Positions 36,441 to 50,510 of a stretch of DNA of 64,000 nucleotides are shown here, one piece after another (position 1 is the stretch's first letter; each line of letters opens with the position of its first letter). This DNA comes from Takakia lepidozioides (lineage: Eukaryota > Plantae > Bryophyta). The position numbers and the translations under genes were made by a program. The notes beneath the pieces were generated by a model. It ran no database searches. It saw nothing but the letters and a program-made list of their open reading frames with translations, and was not told the DNA's origin. The DNA lies in assembly GCA_030704615.1 (NCBI GenBank), contig CM060734.1, forward strand, positions 23,064,001-23,128,000, in the 5' to 3' direction.

Positions 36441-39400
36441 GTTCTACATATATCATGCAATGCATACTTGAGCTCAAGACCTAAAGAGTTCATTCAAGTT
36501 CCTTCTAAGGGGGTCTCTCTTGTGACGTTGGGGAGTTGCAACCTCCACAGCCTTAGTGCCCAGCCCCAGCCCCAGCCCCAGCTCCAGCATCGTCGCCGTT
36601 GTTGTACCCCGCCACCGCCGGGCGCCCAAGCGACGTCCTTGTGTGGACTTAAGCTGACCACAACACCATTGCGACCCTCTATGGCGACGCCATTGCAACC
36701 CCCTGATGTCGCAACGTTGGGCGTCCCAGCGCGGGGCGCCCCCAGCGACGCTTTTGTGAAGTTGAGGGCCGCAAAGCCCAAAAAAAAAAAAAAAAAAAAA
36801 AACTCTCACTGTGGTGATGCTGTTGCGACGCCTTGGCGTCGTAGAGGCGCTGGGGTTCTTACTATGATGTACTAACACCTTTAATGGCTTTTGCATGGGT
36901 CTAGGAAAGCCATGGGGTATCAGCCCCCTATACCTCCATAACAATAGTGTGGAGCAACAAATACCTCATAAGGTATGATGATCCTCTCCAACAAAAATTT
37001 GTTGGCGGATTGGACAACGAGAGAAAGACATCGCTGATATTACTTGAAGAACATCTAAGGGTTTCTTGCATACTGATATTATGAGCTAGGCCCGGGTAAA
37101 ACAGCCTGTTAGAGTATGTGTGTACACCTTCTACATGATCCGATCAATGCACATTACTCCTGTTAACTGGTAACCTGTAGTTGATGCCTTATGTCAGCAT
37201 CAGATCCCTTATGATGAAAAGCCTTCCCTACTCGTGGGCTTTAATACTTCTCCTGGATGTGGGTTTGCTCTTTATAGCACCACTAAAAAAATGCCCAGGT
37301 GTAACGTGATATGTCCTTTTTCCATACCTTAAGGAAATCTGGTTTTAAAACCATAAAGCTGGCTGATATGGTGAAAAGATGGGCAGCAGATTGTTGCCAA
37401 TGTTCTTATTCACATGTTCATGTTGTGAATCACGGGCAGTAGACTACTGCCACTGGCTGAAGAACACAAGTTCTTATTCGTACCTTTGGAAAAACGGTTC
37501 TAACCATAAAGTTGGCTGATATGGTGGAAAAATGTGCAGTAATTTACTGCCATCGGTTGAAGAACACCTGTAATTTCTGAACTCTTGCGTGCCCAGCTAT
37601 ATGAATGTTTTGTCCATATTTTCTCTTGACTTGGGAAGCAGAGACTGTAGCTTTTTAACCAAAGATAAAACTACATCGCACGGAGATCCTTCCTTGGTCT
37701 CTACTTCTTTACAAGAGCTCGTTGACAAGATAAGGTAACATGGAAAACGCATGACTCTATATTCTTGCCAAGTTTGATTTATGCTATGCCAATGTTCACT
37801 CGTGATCTGAGGGCAGAGAGAATGTAGACCTTTTATCTTTTTGGTATTCAAGTCCAAGGATAGAACTACATTGTAGAGGGAGAGCCTTATGAGAATGGGT
37901 CTGTTATGCACTCCCTTACGGGGTGAGTGCACACCACACTCACTCCATAAGGGACTGCCATGCCAGGGGTTGGATGGTGGGCGCCCCCTCTCTCCCTCTC
38001 TCCAATTACCTGTTTGGGATTAACAAAATTTTTCCTAAGCCTACCTGGTTTGGAAATACCTTCTTTCTAATCCCTGATGGAATATGTTTTGAATTTCATC
38101 CATACCGGATGAAAAATATGCCAGGTATAATCCCTAACTGGTTGAATTGTTGTCTTGAGCTTTACCACTAAGGATGTAGCCTGCAATTCTTCATCCATGA
38201 CGGATTACATCCATCCTGGATGTTACCCTAACGGATGTAACTCTAATGAAGTGCAAAATTTCATCCCAATGCATGAAATCACGGGATGGTTTGCTAACCG
38301 CCTCTCTACCCTAAGCACGGCACGATACTCGTGCTTGTTTTCTCTGGAGGATGGCGATGGCGGCTGAGCTAAGTGCTCGAGCATCACGATCCGCGTGCAT
38401 TTTGTTTTTTCCTGCGCGATGGCGGCTGAGCTGAGTGCTCGAGCATCACGATCCGCGTGCATTTTGTTTTTTCTTGCGCGATGGCGGCAGGCCCTTCCGT
38501 TTCCCGCACTGGCAAATGACCTACTGCTGTGTTTGCATGCAATCTTTCTTATTCATGAAGCAGCAGCGCTCATAAGGTGATGGGGGAAGTATTGTGCACT
38601 TTGTAAATATGCAATTTGTCCTCAAGTATCCCAATTTGTTGCATTATGCTGTGATCTCTTGAGATTCAGGTGTTGAATGCCGCAGCGTCCCACTCCACAA
38701 ACGATTAAAGTTCTTTGTGGTGTCGCATCCATGTTTTACTTTTGATCAATTTATGCATGTTGGACATGGATAGCAACTGTGAAGACCTGCTACTCACCTC
38801 GTGCATCCTCACTAACACACATCTTGATGTGGTGGTTTTTGGGACGGGCACAGGTGAGGGTCTTCACTTGATGTGTATTTTTTTCAGTTTGCAGATGATC
38901 AAAGGACTTGGCGATGGTGACGATTGACGCTACATACTGCTTCAGTGGGGCATCTGATACGATTCGGCCTCTCAACCTTAATCCTTTTTGGTTTTTATGG
39001 GTTGTAACCTGATTATAAGTCAGTTTTCTGGTATGATACCAGTCTGAACTTTGGCACCATATTAGTGGGGTTTTCGACCCGATTGTAAATCAGTTTTCTG
39101 GCATGATACCAGTCTGAGCTTCGGCTGCATTTTGATATGGTGCTGGAGTACCATCTCCAGACCTTATAAGGCTATCCAATGATGCTTAAGATAGGCCTTC
39201 TTATGCTGATTTAACACGGTAAGTACCAAGCGGTAGTTTTTGAACTGCTCTGATCCTCCTAGAGATGTCTGTATCTGGAAAGGACAAGGCTCCATGTCCG
39301 CCTCCATGAGGCCCAACCCTGCAATAGCAGCTCTGCCCAACATGACAGACTACTTTATTGTGCATATATGTGTGGTGTAGTTTGGACAGCGATGTAGTTG

Positions 39401-40156
39401 TGTAGCGATACGTATGCGCACGACAGATAGAGCCGCGGCAGGGAACGGTTCTCGGGTGTTCCTCGGTTGTCATTGGGTTCTCACAGGGTTCCCAAGGGCC
39501 TCTTTAGGCGCCAAGGATATCTTTGGATTCCCTACAGGTAATTCCCATATGGGAGGTATTTTTTCTGATTTTAAAAAAAAAAAAAAAATTCCAGCATTTC
39601 CGATTTGTGAAATTGCTTAAATATGATAGATGCACGTGGCGCTCGTTATAGCCTGCAGGGCGTTGATTAAACTGATTGAACTAGTTGAGTTGAGGGGCTT
39701 AGAACCACCTTATTGAACTTGGTTAACCTATTGGATGACGATAGGCATTTTGGCCACTCCTTTGCTAAAACAAAGTATTTAGGCACTGGGGTAGGAAGCG
39801 TTGGCCCTTCCATTAGAGGTGACTTGAACTCAAGCCCTCGGTGAAGGAGGGGCATTGGGAGAGGAAGATTTTTCCCTCTTCTTCCTAGGCTCGGCAGCTG
39901 CCTTGTGAAGGGATAAAAACATGTCCCTGCTGTAGGCGGCTCGGGGGCCTAAGCGGTCGGAATTAGACAATAAAACACAAAGACTTGGAAGGCAATTACT
40001 GAGTAGATTGTAGGATACCGTAGGACTTAGAAATGAAAACTCGCCATGTGCAGTCGGGTAGGCGGTTCAGTGAGCCCAACCTACACCGCAACTTACCTCG
40101 ACCCCCCTAGACTACTATGCCGTCACCCTGACCGCGCGCGCTCAGGGCTCGTCACA
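39401..40156. mobile_element. Probable solo LTR
   Basis: TGTAGCGA...TCGTCACA termini, ~756 bp, non-coding. No TSD seen. Confidence 0.5.
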
Positions 40157-40595
40157 TGGAAGCTTTACTTCCAGTGGAATTCTTATTACCTACCATGAGA
40201 ACTGAATGGGGGAGGAGAACGGAATTGGAGGATTCAATTAAAGTAAGGAAACATGAACTATATCATATGGAAGAAGTACGTGCTGATGCAGCAGATAACA
40301 TGACCAGAATTCAGATGAAGAGGAAAGATCAACTGTGATTGCAGAAGAAGGGAAAGATTAAAGCTGCTAAGCTTTAAATCACCATGGAAAGGACCTTATG
40401 TCATACAGAAGATGTATGATAGCAACACAACTATGTTACAAACCATTACCAAAGAGATGCTTGGTAGAGTCAATGCCAATAAGTTGAAGGGATACAGTGG
40501 TATCCATGATAGACCATTGCAGCATGATTTGCATCTTGAAACACAGATGCAGTCACAGACTACACCAGTAGCACCAGCGGAGCATGAAGCATTTA
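40157..40595 (+). mobile_element. Ty3/Gypsy integrase C-terminal relic
   Basis: EALLPVEFLLPT...KGPYVIQKMYDS...GRVNANKLK. Confidence 0.6.
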
Positions 40596-40599
40596 TCAT

Positions 40600-41990
40600 A
40601 AAGCCGGTCGCTTCATTTTCAAAACATTTAAAATAAATAAGCGACCGCCAGCATAGGCGGTCGCTTCATTTTCAAAACATTTAAAATAAATAAGCGACCG
40701 CCAACATAGGCGGTCGCTTCATTTTCAAAAACTTAAAATAAATAAGCGACCGCCAACATAGGCGGTCGCTTCATTTAAAAAATATTTAAAATAAATAATT
40801 GACCGCCAGCATAGGCGGTCGCTTCATTTTCAAAACATTTAAAATAAATAAGCGACCGCCAGCATAGGCGGTCGCTTCATTTTCAAAACATTTAAAATAA
40901 ATAAGCGACCGCAACATAGGCGGTCGCTTCATTTTCAAAAACTTAAAATAAATAAGCGACCGCCAACATAGGCGGTCGCTTCATTTAAAAAATATTTAAA
41001 ATAAATAATTGACCGCCAGCATAGGCGGTCGCTTCATTTTCAAAACATTTAAAATAAATAAGCGACCACCACCATAGGCGGTCGCTTCATTTTCAAAAAC
41101 TTTAAAATAAATAAGCGACCGCCAACATAGGCGGTCGCTTCATTTCCAAAATAATTAAAATAAAAGCGACCGCCAGCAATGGCGGTCGCTTCATTTCCAA
41201 AATAATTAAAATAAAAGCGACCGCCAGTAATGGCGGTCGCCCATTTCCAAAAATAAAAAAAAATAAAAGCTAGTAATGGCGGTCGCTGCATCTTAAAAAA
41301 TAACCATTACAGCGACCGCCATAAATGGCGGTCGCTGCATTTTGTAAAAACAAAGTCTGCCAGTAATGGAAGTGAGGGGAGAATGACTGGGGGCTTATAT
41401 GCCCCCCCCCCCCCCCCCCGCCTCATTCCTCGCTCCACGTGCAAGGTTGACCTTGTAGAAGCGACTGCCACTATGGCGGTCGCTCCATTTAAAAACAAAA
41501 AAAAACGACCGCCAGTAATTGCGGTCGCTGCATTTATAAAAACAAAAAAGAACTTCAAGTGAAGTGAGGGGAGAATGTCCCGGAGCTTATATGCCCCCCT
41601 CCCCCCCGCCTCACTCATCGCTCAATGCGCAGGGCACACTTCGTAGAAGCGACTGCCACCTTGGCGGTTGCTCCATTTTCATTTTCAAAACAATTAAAAT
41701 ATAAGCGACCGCCATAAATGGCGGTCGCTCCATTTCCAACCAAATTTCAATAAAACCGACTGCCACTAATGGCGGTCGCTGCAATTACAAAAAACAACAA
41801 TAACGGCGACCGCCCATAATGGCGGTCGCTCCATTTTGATCCAAAAAAACAAAAAAGCGACCGCCAGTAACAGCGGTCGCTTCATTTCCAAAATAATGAC
41901 TGGGAGCTTATATGCCCCCCTCATTCCTCGCTCCACACGGAGGGCAGACCTCGTAGAAGCGACCGCCACCTTGGCGGTCGCTCCATTTAA
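40600..41990. repeat. ~53-54-bp tandem array, core AAGCGACCGCC-N6-GGCGGTCGCTT
   Basis: Directly visible; AT-rich linkers are near-identical. Confidence 0.95.
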
Positions 41991-42254
41991 ATAAAAATGA
42001 ATGCACAGTTGGAAGCATGGTACAATTGTTCTCCATTCCACAAGCAAATCACTGAACACAAACATGAGCAAATGACGGTGCCTTGGCCGACATTTTGGCT
42101 GGTATACACATGGGCAACATCTTTTATTTTCCAACACATACACAACAGCAATACAAATACTTATAGTGACAATGATCACATTGGTATTACTTCAGTACAG
42201 AAATATAAACATGTCTACTAAAAAATGCTGATGCATGCCTACAGCTATTTTGCT

Positions 42255-45018
42255 TCAATTCCTTCTACTGCTTCGACGGCAGGACGAAGAAGATCCTAAT
42301 CATAATGCTCCGATGGGTTGAAAATCCGGGTCACCTTCGACTTCACCACCATTGCCATGATCAGTGTTGGAATTGTCCTCCCTATCCGACCTCATATGTC
42401 CTGGCCTTTGAATCTGCAAGCGACCTCGAACCACATTTAATTCTCTCTGAGGTCGACTCCCGCTCTGGTCTTGATTACTATCCACGGTATCTGCCCCTGT
42501 TTGTGGGCCGATCACCTACAAAAGGTTGGACTATTCTCTGTCGTTTATGGACTTGGGACGCAATCTCAGGTGGTCGGAGGGGGGACTGCCCGAGATGGAC
42601 CGACATTAGATGGTCCGGCATGTGAGGAACCACGGGTCTGCTACGCAACACGTCGGTTAAGGTGGAATTGTAGTGGCAGGTTGTCATCATCCGAGGCTTC
42701 AACTTCCGTCCGGTCCAATGCAGCAGAATGATGCATGCGTGTAGAAAACAGATCAACCCTGTTGCTCCTTAATGCCCGCTGTGTTGATGGGGAGCTGATC
42801 GGTTTTGGCATTGTGGTGGAGCTGGTCGTATCGGTGAGGCATGATCCCGTCCCGTCGACTGTACAATGGGTTCGATACCATCGTTTGTATGAACATGATT
42901 GCGTACGTCGATCGGTCCTGGCAGTACATCACCCTTAAGCTCCATTGGGGCACTATCGGTGGCTTCAGCGTGTAGTAGGGGGCGAGGATCGACCCCAACT
43001 TCATTTTGAGGACCATGTTCTAGGGATGACACAATTGCAGCTTCACCTTCATCTGCGATACGCATTTCTTCAAGAAGGTCATCAAAGGTCGGCTGGATAT
43101 AAGCATCATCCTCTGTGAATGTAAACGGGTCATACGCATTTTCGGGAGCATCATCGGATCCATCTTCACTATCAGAGGCAGATGATTCCCTCTGAGATGA
43201 TTCTCTCTGAGGCTCAGTATCGTCACTCATCGAATCAGCCTCAGAAGTAGAGTCTTCGGAATGCAAATTCCTCTTATACCATGCTGCAACATCATCCGCT
43301 GCCCTCTCACATAGCAGTCGGCAATTGGTATACACATACACCAATTTGTCAGCCCTCGCGGGATTCAACCTGTTGCGAATCTTGTTGTGAACAAATGAGT
43401 AACTGCTCCAATTGCGTTCGCAAGATGAGGCAGATCACACTTGAGCAAGAATACGCTTCGCAATGGGAGCCAATGTTCTTGCTCTAGCTCCAATCAGATC
43501 CCACCATTCATGTGGCAGCATATTGAGCTCTTTTGGATCCGGCATGTCCTCAAAAGGGTCGCGGCGATCTGAGAAGCATTGGTACTCGGATATAGCTCTC
43601 TCTGCATGGTTCGGCGGAGCCAGTCGCATGAGCACTCGCACGAGGCCGGCCTTGGCATCGGCGTCGTCTCGGAGCATAGTATTGTCGAGCAATAATGGAT
43701 TGAGCAAAGCCCCCGCATAATGCAAGTCCGTTCGAACCATCGAACGACGGTCGTAAAATGCATCCTCAGCACTGTCCGCAAGTTCAGGTTCCAAGGAGAA
43801 GGGAATATGCCTCAAGGATTAGATGTGTTTCTCAAGATTTTGCATTAGTAACCATGCCTTGCCCATTACTGGTTGCTTTCCATCAAACTCCCGCAAGACG
43901 ATTAACACCGACTCAACCATATAAACAAAGTTTTCACATTTCTTTCAGAAATCATCGTTGCGAATGCTATTTCGAACTTTTTGACTTTTGCCCAATGACT
44001 TGGCTTTCCTGGAGTCCCGCAATGTCCGTGTGTACGCATCCCATTGAAGATCGATGATGGTGTGCTCCAGACTGCTCTTCACTGTCACCAACCGATCCAC
44101 CATTAAGAAGTTAGTTGCAAAACGAGTTTCACCTGGATTGCGGAGGCTGTATTTGGGTTTGTGCCTCCTATATATTGCCAAAGGGATGTGGTGTGTGCGG
44201 ATGAATGACACAACAGTCTTCGCTCGCTTGACAAGTTGTTTCACCCACTGTTCTTTTCCCCAATCTTCCATAAGGAGGTCAAGGATATGAGCAGCACAAC
44301 CTTGATAGTACATATAGGGATAACGTGCCAACAACATATCTGCAGTGTTTCTCATGTTAGCAGCATTGTCTGTGCATATTTGCACGATTCTATCAGTTCC
44401 GACCTGTTCAATGAAGTCCGTCAATAGTTGACATTGATAACGTCCATCTTTCTTCTCGCCGCTAGTGTCGACCGATCCCAAGAATTGTTCCCCAGCTGGA
44501 CATACGAGCATGACATTGATCAACGGTCTGTTTGTGACAAAACTCCAACCATCGGCACATATAGTGCTTCCATATTTTCTGATGCACTTGCCCGTCCTAT
44601 CGTTGACATTTTGGGTACAAATCCTTTACTCCGTTGAAGTGTAGGGGTACAAAGAGGTGTTGAAACAGGTGTTGCTCCGGCACAACCCACTTGTCCAAGG
44701 ACACCCGAAGCCTCACAAGAGTCGCCCTGGGTACTAATTGGGGCATCCTGACGGGAAGATGGAGTGTTCTGCTCAGAGGTCATGTCCAGATCCAAAGACA
44801 TTGGAATATTGCCTCCACACTGGGCAAAGTGGATTTTTACCCGCATAGATGTTTTGGGGCATAAACCCACCCCAGCGCTCTTCACACCTTTATAGGTGAG
44901 CGAGCAACCGATCCTTACGATAAGAAAGCTTTAATCCATATAGGTTGCACTCAACACTACCAGTGGCACTGACAGTGTTCGGGATTGCCGTATACCAAGG
45001 GCTCCATTCCTCCATCAT
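42255..45018 (-). pseudogene. hAT transposase (BED finger, DUF659-like catalytic region, hAT dimerization domain, disordered tail)
   Basis: ECNLxGLKLSYRKDRLLAHL (BED), DGWSFVTNRPLIN, QICTDNAANM, GCAAHILDL, ETRFAT, EWW...CSASSCERNWS. Several stops, and an internal deletion at ~44555. Confidence 0.9.
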
Positions 45019-45439
45019 CTTCACCCAATATCCACTCCCCTGGGACCTAGCGATGCAAGCAACAAAAAACAGTCTCCTATAAATGAACGTGTTATGAATA
45101 TAGAGTGCAATGCGATAGCCCAACACTTCACCTGTTAGCAACCCAAGTGGGTCGATGTGGGTTGTAGTGTTGAGCTTATACACAATCTGCTGAAGTGAAA
45201 GCCACAACGGCAAAATGTGCGCACCCTCCTCTTGGGCTACACTCTCGTTCAATGGAAGAGAACATCCAAAACAACCTCAAGTGTTTGCGCCAAAAGAAGT
45301 GAGGAGCTTGGTGACCCTCCTCCCTTATATATGCTCCAAAAGGGATGAAAGTGAAATGAAAGTGAAATGAATAAATGACGAACCAATAGCGCCCACTCGA
45401 AAAAAGCTGTACAACCATATTTGTTGTAATTTTGAAATT

Positions 45440-46640
45440 AAGCGACCGCTAATACTACAGTCGCTACTTTTTTTTTAATGAAAAACAAGCGACCGCCACT
45501 ACTGCGGTCGCTTTTATTTCCTTTCATTTTGTGCAATATTGCGGTAACTTCTATTTTGTATATTTTTAAATTTAAGCGACCGTCGGTATGGCGGTCGCTA
45601 TTATTTTTTATTTCAAAATATAATGCGACTGCCGGTATGGCGGTCGCTTCATTTGTTAATATATTTAAAATAAAGCGACCGCCAATATGGTGGTCGTTTT
45701 TATTTTTAATATTTAAAAAAAAAAACGACCGCCAGTAAGACGGTCGCTTTTAATCTTTATATTTTATGGCGGTCGTTTGTTTTTCTATATATTTTTTAAA
45801 TTAAGCGACTGCCCAATGGCGGTCGTTGTTTTTTTTATATATTTTTGAAATTATCCGACTGCCATATGGCGGTCGCTTGTTCTATACATATTTACAAAAT
45901 TGTGTGACCGCCAATACGGCAGTCGCTTGTTTTCTTTTTAAAATAAGGCGACCGCCAATGCGACCGCCAATCTTGTTTTTTTTTAAAATAAATTGAAGCG
46001 ACCGCCAAGATAGCGGTCGTTATTTCTTTTTTTAATTCGAAAAATAAAGCGACCGCCAGTGCGACCGCCAATCTTGCTTTAAAAAAAAAAAAATTGAAGC
46101 GACCGCCAATATGGCGGTCGCTATTTTTTTTTCTATTTCGAAAAATAAAGCGACCGCCAGTGCGACCGCCAATCTTGCTTTAAAAAACAAAATTGAAGCT
46201 TTTAATTTCGAAAAACAAAGCGACCGCCATAATTGGTGGTCGCGTTCATTTTGTTAATTTTCAAAAATGTATTTGTCACCGTGCGACCGCCAATACGGCA
46301 GTCTTTTGTTTTTTTTTTTCAATTAGGCGACCACCAATACGCCCGCCAATCTTGTTTTTTCTTAAAAATAAATTGAAGCGACCGCCAACATAGCGGTCGC
46401 TATTTATTTTTTTAATTCGAAAAATAAGACGACCGCCAATCTTGCTTTAAAAAAAAAAACATTTGAAGCGACTGCCAATATCTCGGTCGCTATTTCTTTT
46501 TCTATTTCGAAAGAAAAAACTACCGCAACTGCGACCGCCAATTTTGCTTTAATTTTTTTTTTTTTGAAGTGACCGCCAATACGGCGGTCGCTATTTCTTT
46601 TTTAATTTCGTAAAACAAAGTGAATTGGCGGTCGTGTTCA
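45440..46640. repeat. Subterminal GCGACCGCC palindrome array of hAT copy 1
   Basis: Same core motif as 40600-41990, more degenerate. Confidence 0.9.
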
Positions 46641-46819
46641 TTTTGTTAATTGTATTTGCCACCGCCACCGTGTCGGCGACGTGGCTGCTTAAGTGACAGT
46701 ATTTTACCTGGTACTATTTTTACCAGAATATTTCCCGAACCTGACGTGACGGAGGTCCCGTCAGCGTCAGGTCTGACGTGACCTGACGCTGACGGACGGA
46801 CGTGACGCTGATAACCGGG

Positions 46820-48739
46820 GCTTGTACAATTGGTTGTCCAAACTGGGATGGTCCCACTGCTGCTGGCTGTGGTGGTGTTGGGATTGTCAAGGCTAGTGGC
46901 GTTGTTGGTGTTTGTCTTCCAAACAATGATTCAAAGCTAGGAGGTCATTGTCCCAATGATAGCCGTCTTCCAGCTTCTGTCCCTACTAAGCTTAATGAAT
47001 CTTTAAAAACTTTGAGTGCAGTCCTGGTTATCCTTTCTGGAGAAGTAGTTTCACTTCTTTCACCTTCTTCACTCAGAATATTCTCAAATATTTCTTCCAA
47101 TATTTCAGCAAAGCCTCGATTTGGACTTGTTACAATAGAAGGTCCTTCAGATCTTTCTTGTGGTAACCATTCATCAAGCGCATTACGCAACTCCTTCTGG
47201 AGTAGTGTTCTCACTTTCCAACGATCCGATTTCCTGATCTTCTGGTTTATCACTGTCAATTTGTCTTGATGTCTCACCTTGAATAATATTCAAGTTTTGT
47301 AATTCTGGGAACTCTTTTCTCAACCGAGCTTCCTTTTCTGCAGCATATTTCTCTATTCTTTTAGCTTTGTCTTGTTTAGCTTTGTCTTTAATTTCCTCAT
47401 TCATTCCCACATCATATACAAAATTCCTTTTCAGTACCCTTTAATCAGTCTTGGTATGTCAGTAAGAAAAATTATAGTGGTCTCTACCCTTTCTCCAAGA
47501 TTTACCCTATCTTGCCAGAATCCGTATTACGACTTAGTTTTCCCTTTACTGATTGATCACCAATCTTTCAATGGGCACAATAATACCATTTGTCTTTCTC
47601 AGTGTATCTGACTTGTAACAAGTCTTTGGGTATCCAGTACTCCACTGCTTCTATGATCATATGACAATATTCATAATTTGAACATCCTTCCCTGAAAATA
47701 TAACTAGTGTAGCAAATTTTTCTGATTGGGATTAGAGTAATCAATAAAGCTAGACGGGACAACCATTCTTCACTTTTGATTCTACATTCCCAAGGTGCTC
47801 GTGTAATACTGATCACTCCTCCCTTTAATCCTCATTTGTCATCTTTTTTCGTAATTGAAAGAAAGATCTTTTGCTGTATTGCTATTGGTAAGCCATGAAA
47901 TTTTTTCAGGAATGCTTTCCATTCCTCTGCTTCCGTTGACTCGTTCTTTTGTGATTTCAAGAAATCACTGAGTAACCATCATTCCTTGAGTTCACTTGAA
48001 CTCAACATACCGTTAGTCCCCAGTATGGTCGCCAAATGTTAACCGCTGGTTTATGACTTAGACAAAACAGGCTATCAGCACTACTGACCATTTCCTAAGA
48101 CATTCAACAGAGGTTGTCCGACGGTATGCTTTTAGAAACCATTACGAAGTAATCGTTTTAAGGATAGCTAAAACATGAATGTCGTATGAATCCATATCCC
48201 TACAGGTTGCTTAATCCTATTGATTAAGCCCAACCTACAGTCCCTTTGTTCATACAAGTAGATGGTAGTCAAGACAAAACAAGAACTATTCTGAGATGAT
48301 ACACATTCTCACCATCTCACGTTCTCTCATAATGCACATTCTCTCCATCTCACGTTCTCTCATAATGCACATTCTCTCCATCTCACGTTCACTCTACACA
48401 TAGATACTTCGAATAGCATGACTTTACTTCAGAGTTCATCATGTCACAGAAGTACACATTGAATCACTCTGAGTCCCCTGAATACACACTGATCACTGAT
48501 ACTCATATATTGCTCTCCCTCTAAGTTGCGTGTAGTCTTTTTATACTATGCTCGAAAGAGCCGTTACAGCCTGCGGTCGTTAATGACCGTTTGCTTAACT
48601 GCCTACGTAACCTAAAAGGTTTGCTAAAAAAGTGGCTCGTTGTAGTGGTCGTGAGCCATAGTGGTAAACGGTCCATTACTCCCTCTATTGGTTAAAGCCG
48701 ATGCTAACGTGGCCGTGTCATATCGTGGTATGAGTAACA
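46820..48739 (-). mobile_element. Ty3/Gypsy 5' portion: LTR 48037-48739, PBS, degenerate gag-like region
   Basis: LTR TGTTA...TAACA. PBS TGGCGACCATACTGGGGA (reverse complement of 48017-34), resembling a tRNA-Arg type. Interrupted by hAT copy 1 at 46819. Confidence 0.7.
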
Positions 48740-49030
48740 TGGAACCAGCCCCATTCACAGTAACAATGACAGATCAAAAGAGTGTACAGCCATTGGGCTT
48801 GATAAGAGGAGTAAAGATACAGATTCAGAAGATGAATTTTAAGATCACAATGATTGTGTTGAAAATGGATAATGTCATGGAAGCTTACTCCTTATTGCTG
48901 GGTCGACCATGGCTGAAACAGGCCAAGGTATTCCATGACTGGAATTCCCAGTTACTGACTGTGTATGATGGGAAGCACAAATACAAATCACCACTAAGAA
49001 ATCTAGTAGGCTACATGCTACCAGAAGACC
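48740..49030 (+). mobile_element. Ty3/Gypsy protease fragment
   Basis: QPLGLIRGVKI...YSLLLGRPWLKQAK. Confidence 0.7.
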
Positions 49031-49159
49031 TCGAGGAGTCAGAGAGTATGACTGGAGGGGAGGACTTGATGAAGAGCAAGAGGCTATTCTGTTTGCTGCA
49101 CACCCAGAGTGGGAGCAGGTTGCAGAAATGTAACTGGGAGGACTGAGTTGTTTCAAGGG

Positions 49160-49600
49160 TATATGTTGTGTTTTGGAGGGTCGAAATCTCGTGTACTGTG
49201 CATCCATGACTGATACAGATTCTCTCATTCTGTTGGTGTAATTCCCGCTAAGGGTTGTCCTATGTAGGCGTTGAACTATGAAAAATTAGTTAGAGAAAGA
49301 GAGACATCTATCCTTGCTAATAAAAGTCACCGTAAGTTATTGCGAGTACAAGTGGGAAAAAAGAGACATAGGTACTGGTTCTATGGCTGACAACTGCATA
49401 AGGCTTGCTCGCTTATGCACTGTTGCTACTAGACATCAGGCAATTGCATCTTGAAACAGCAAGTAACACATGAAGTGGGGATGGGGTGGGACAGTGCAGG
49501 AAAGAGCCTGGTTGTTGAAGTGTTGATGCTGCGGCAAGTGTTGTCAATTGGGAAGAAGACACTCTTAGTGCTGCCTGATGTGGCTCTATGCTCCGAGAAG
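49160..49600 (+). pseudogene. TEB: Two-exon fragment of TEBICHI / DNA polymerase theta helicase domain (Walker A region)
   Basis: VLEGRNLVYCAS (49170-49206) and acag|(S)[35 protein letters not shown]|gttgga (49495-49600). No other exons were recognised. Confidence 0.7.
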
Positions 49601-49899
49601 GTTGGACTGCAACTTTTCTTACCCACTTTGTAGGACCTTATTTTATTGGGCAACAATCTCACCCCCCGTTTTGGTTTTTATAGCCTAGTTGCCTAGTTAT
49701 CATTCCTGACGTGACGTGGCGCTGACACGTCGGCCGTCACGTTCGACGTGCGTCACGTCACGTCGAATCCGGACGTTTATCCACGTAATTTTTTTTACAT
49801 TTGACTTTTACGATTTACTTCTACCCTTTGTAATGATGTGGCAGCCACGGTGTAAAACAGACGTGGCCAATTATTAATATTTATTAATTCTTTTAAAAA

Positions 49900-50510
49900 A
49901 ATGAGTCCGCCTATATTGGCAGTTGCATATAATTTATTATTTTAAATAAAAGCGACCGCCCATATTGGCGGTCGCTTGTAATTTAATATTTTGTTAAATT
50001 AAGCGACCGCCAGTATTGGCGGTCGCCGGTAATTTATTTATTTATAAATGAAGCGACCGCCCATATTGGCGGTCGCCCGTAATTTTAAAAAAAAAATGAA
50101 ACGACTGCCGAAATTGGCGGTCACCCGTATTTTATTTATTTTTAAATGAAGCGACCGCCAAAATTGGCGGTCACCTGTAATTTATTTATTTTTAAATGAA
50201 GCGACCGCCCATATTGGCGGTCGCCCGTAATTTATTTATTTTTAAATGAAGCGACCTCCCATATTGGCGGTCGTCCGTAATTTATTTATTCTTAAATGAA
50301 GCGACGGCCCAAATTGGCGGTCGCCCGTAATTTATTTATTTATAAATGAAGCGACCGCCCATATTGGCGGTCGTCCGTAATTTATTTATTTATAAATGAA
50401 GCGACCGCCCATATTTGCGGTCGCCCGTAATTTATTTATTTTTAAATGAAGCGACCGCCCATATTGGCGGTCGCTTGTATTTTATTACATTTTAAAATAA
50501 GCGATCGCGT
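49900..50510. repeat. Subterminal ~50-bp palindrome array (GAAGCGACCGCCCATATTGGCGGTCGC)
   Basis: About 11 tandem units directly visible. Confidence 0.95.

Larger units (their letters stand above)
40600..46819 (-). mobile_element. hAT transposon copy 1 (left arm truncated)
   Basis: Transposase on the - strand. Terminus TGATAACCGGG (46809-19) with TGACG-rich subterminal DNA. Palindrome arrays on both sides of the gene. Confidence 0.85.

Noticed and set aside
36441-39400. Short ORFs and small local duplications (37340/37500, 38350-38490, 39010-39120)
   Set aside because: No recognisable domain, splice-consistent gene or element boundaries.
40600-41300. CRISPR-like look of regularly spaced palindromes (also 9-272, 49900-50510, 57630-59300)
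   Set aside because: The linkers are homologous to each other rather than unique spacers, there are no cas genes, and the context is a eukaryotic TE.
40157-48744. TGGAA following both LTR ends (40157 and 48740) as a shared TSD
   Set aside because: The two LTRs are unrelated in sequence and the motif is on the same side of each, so this is probably coincidence.
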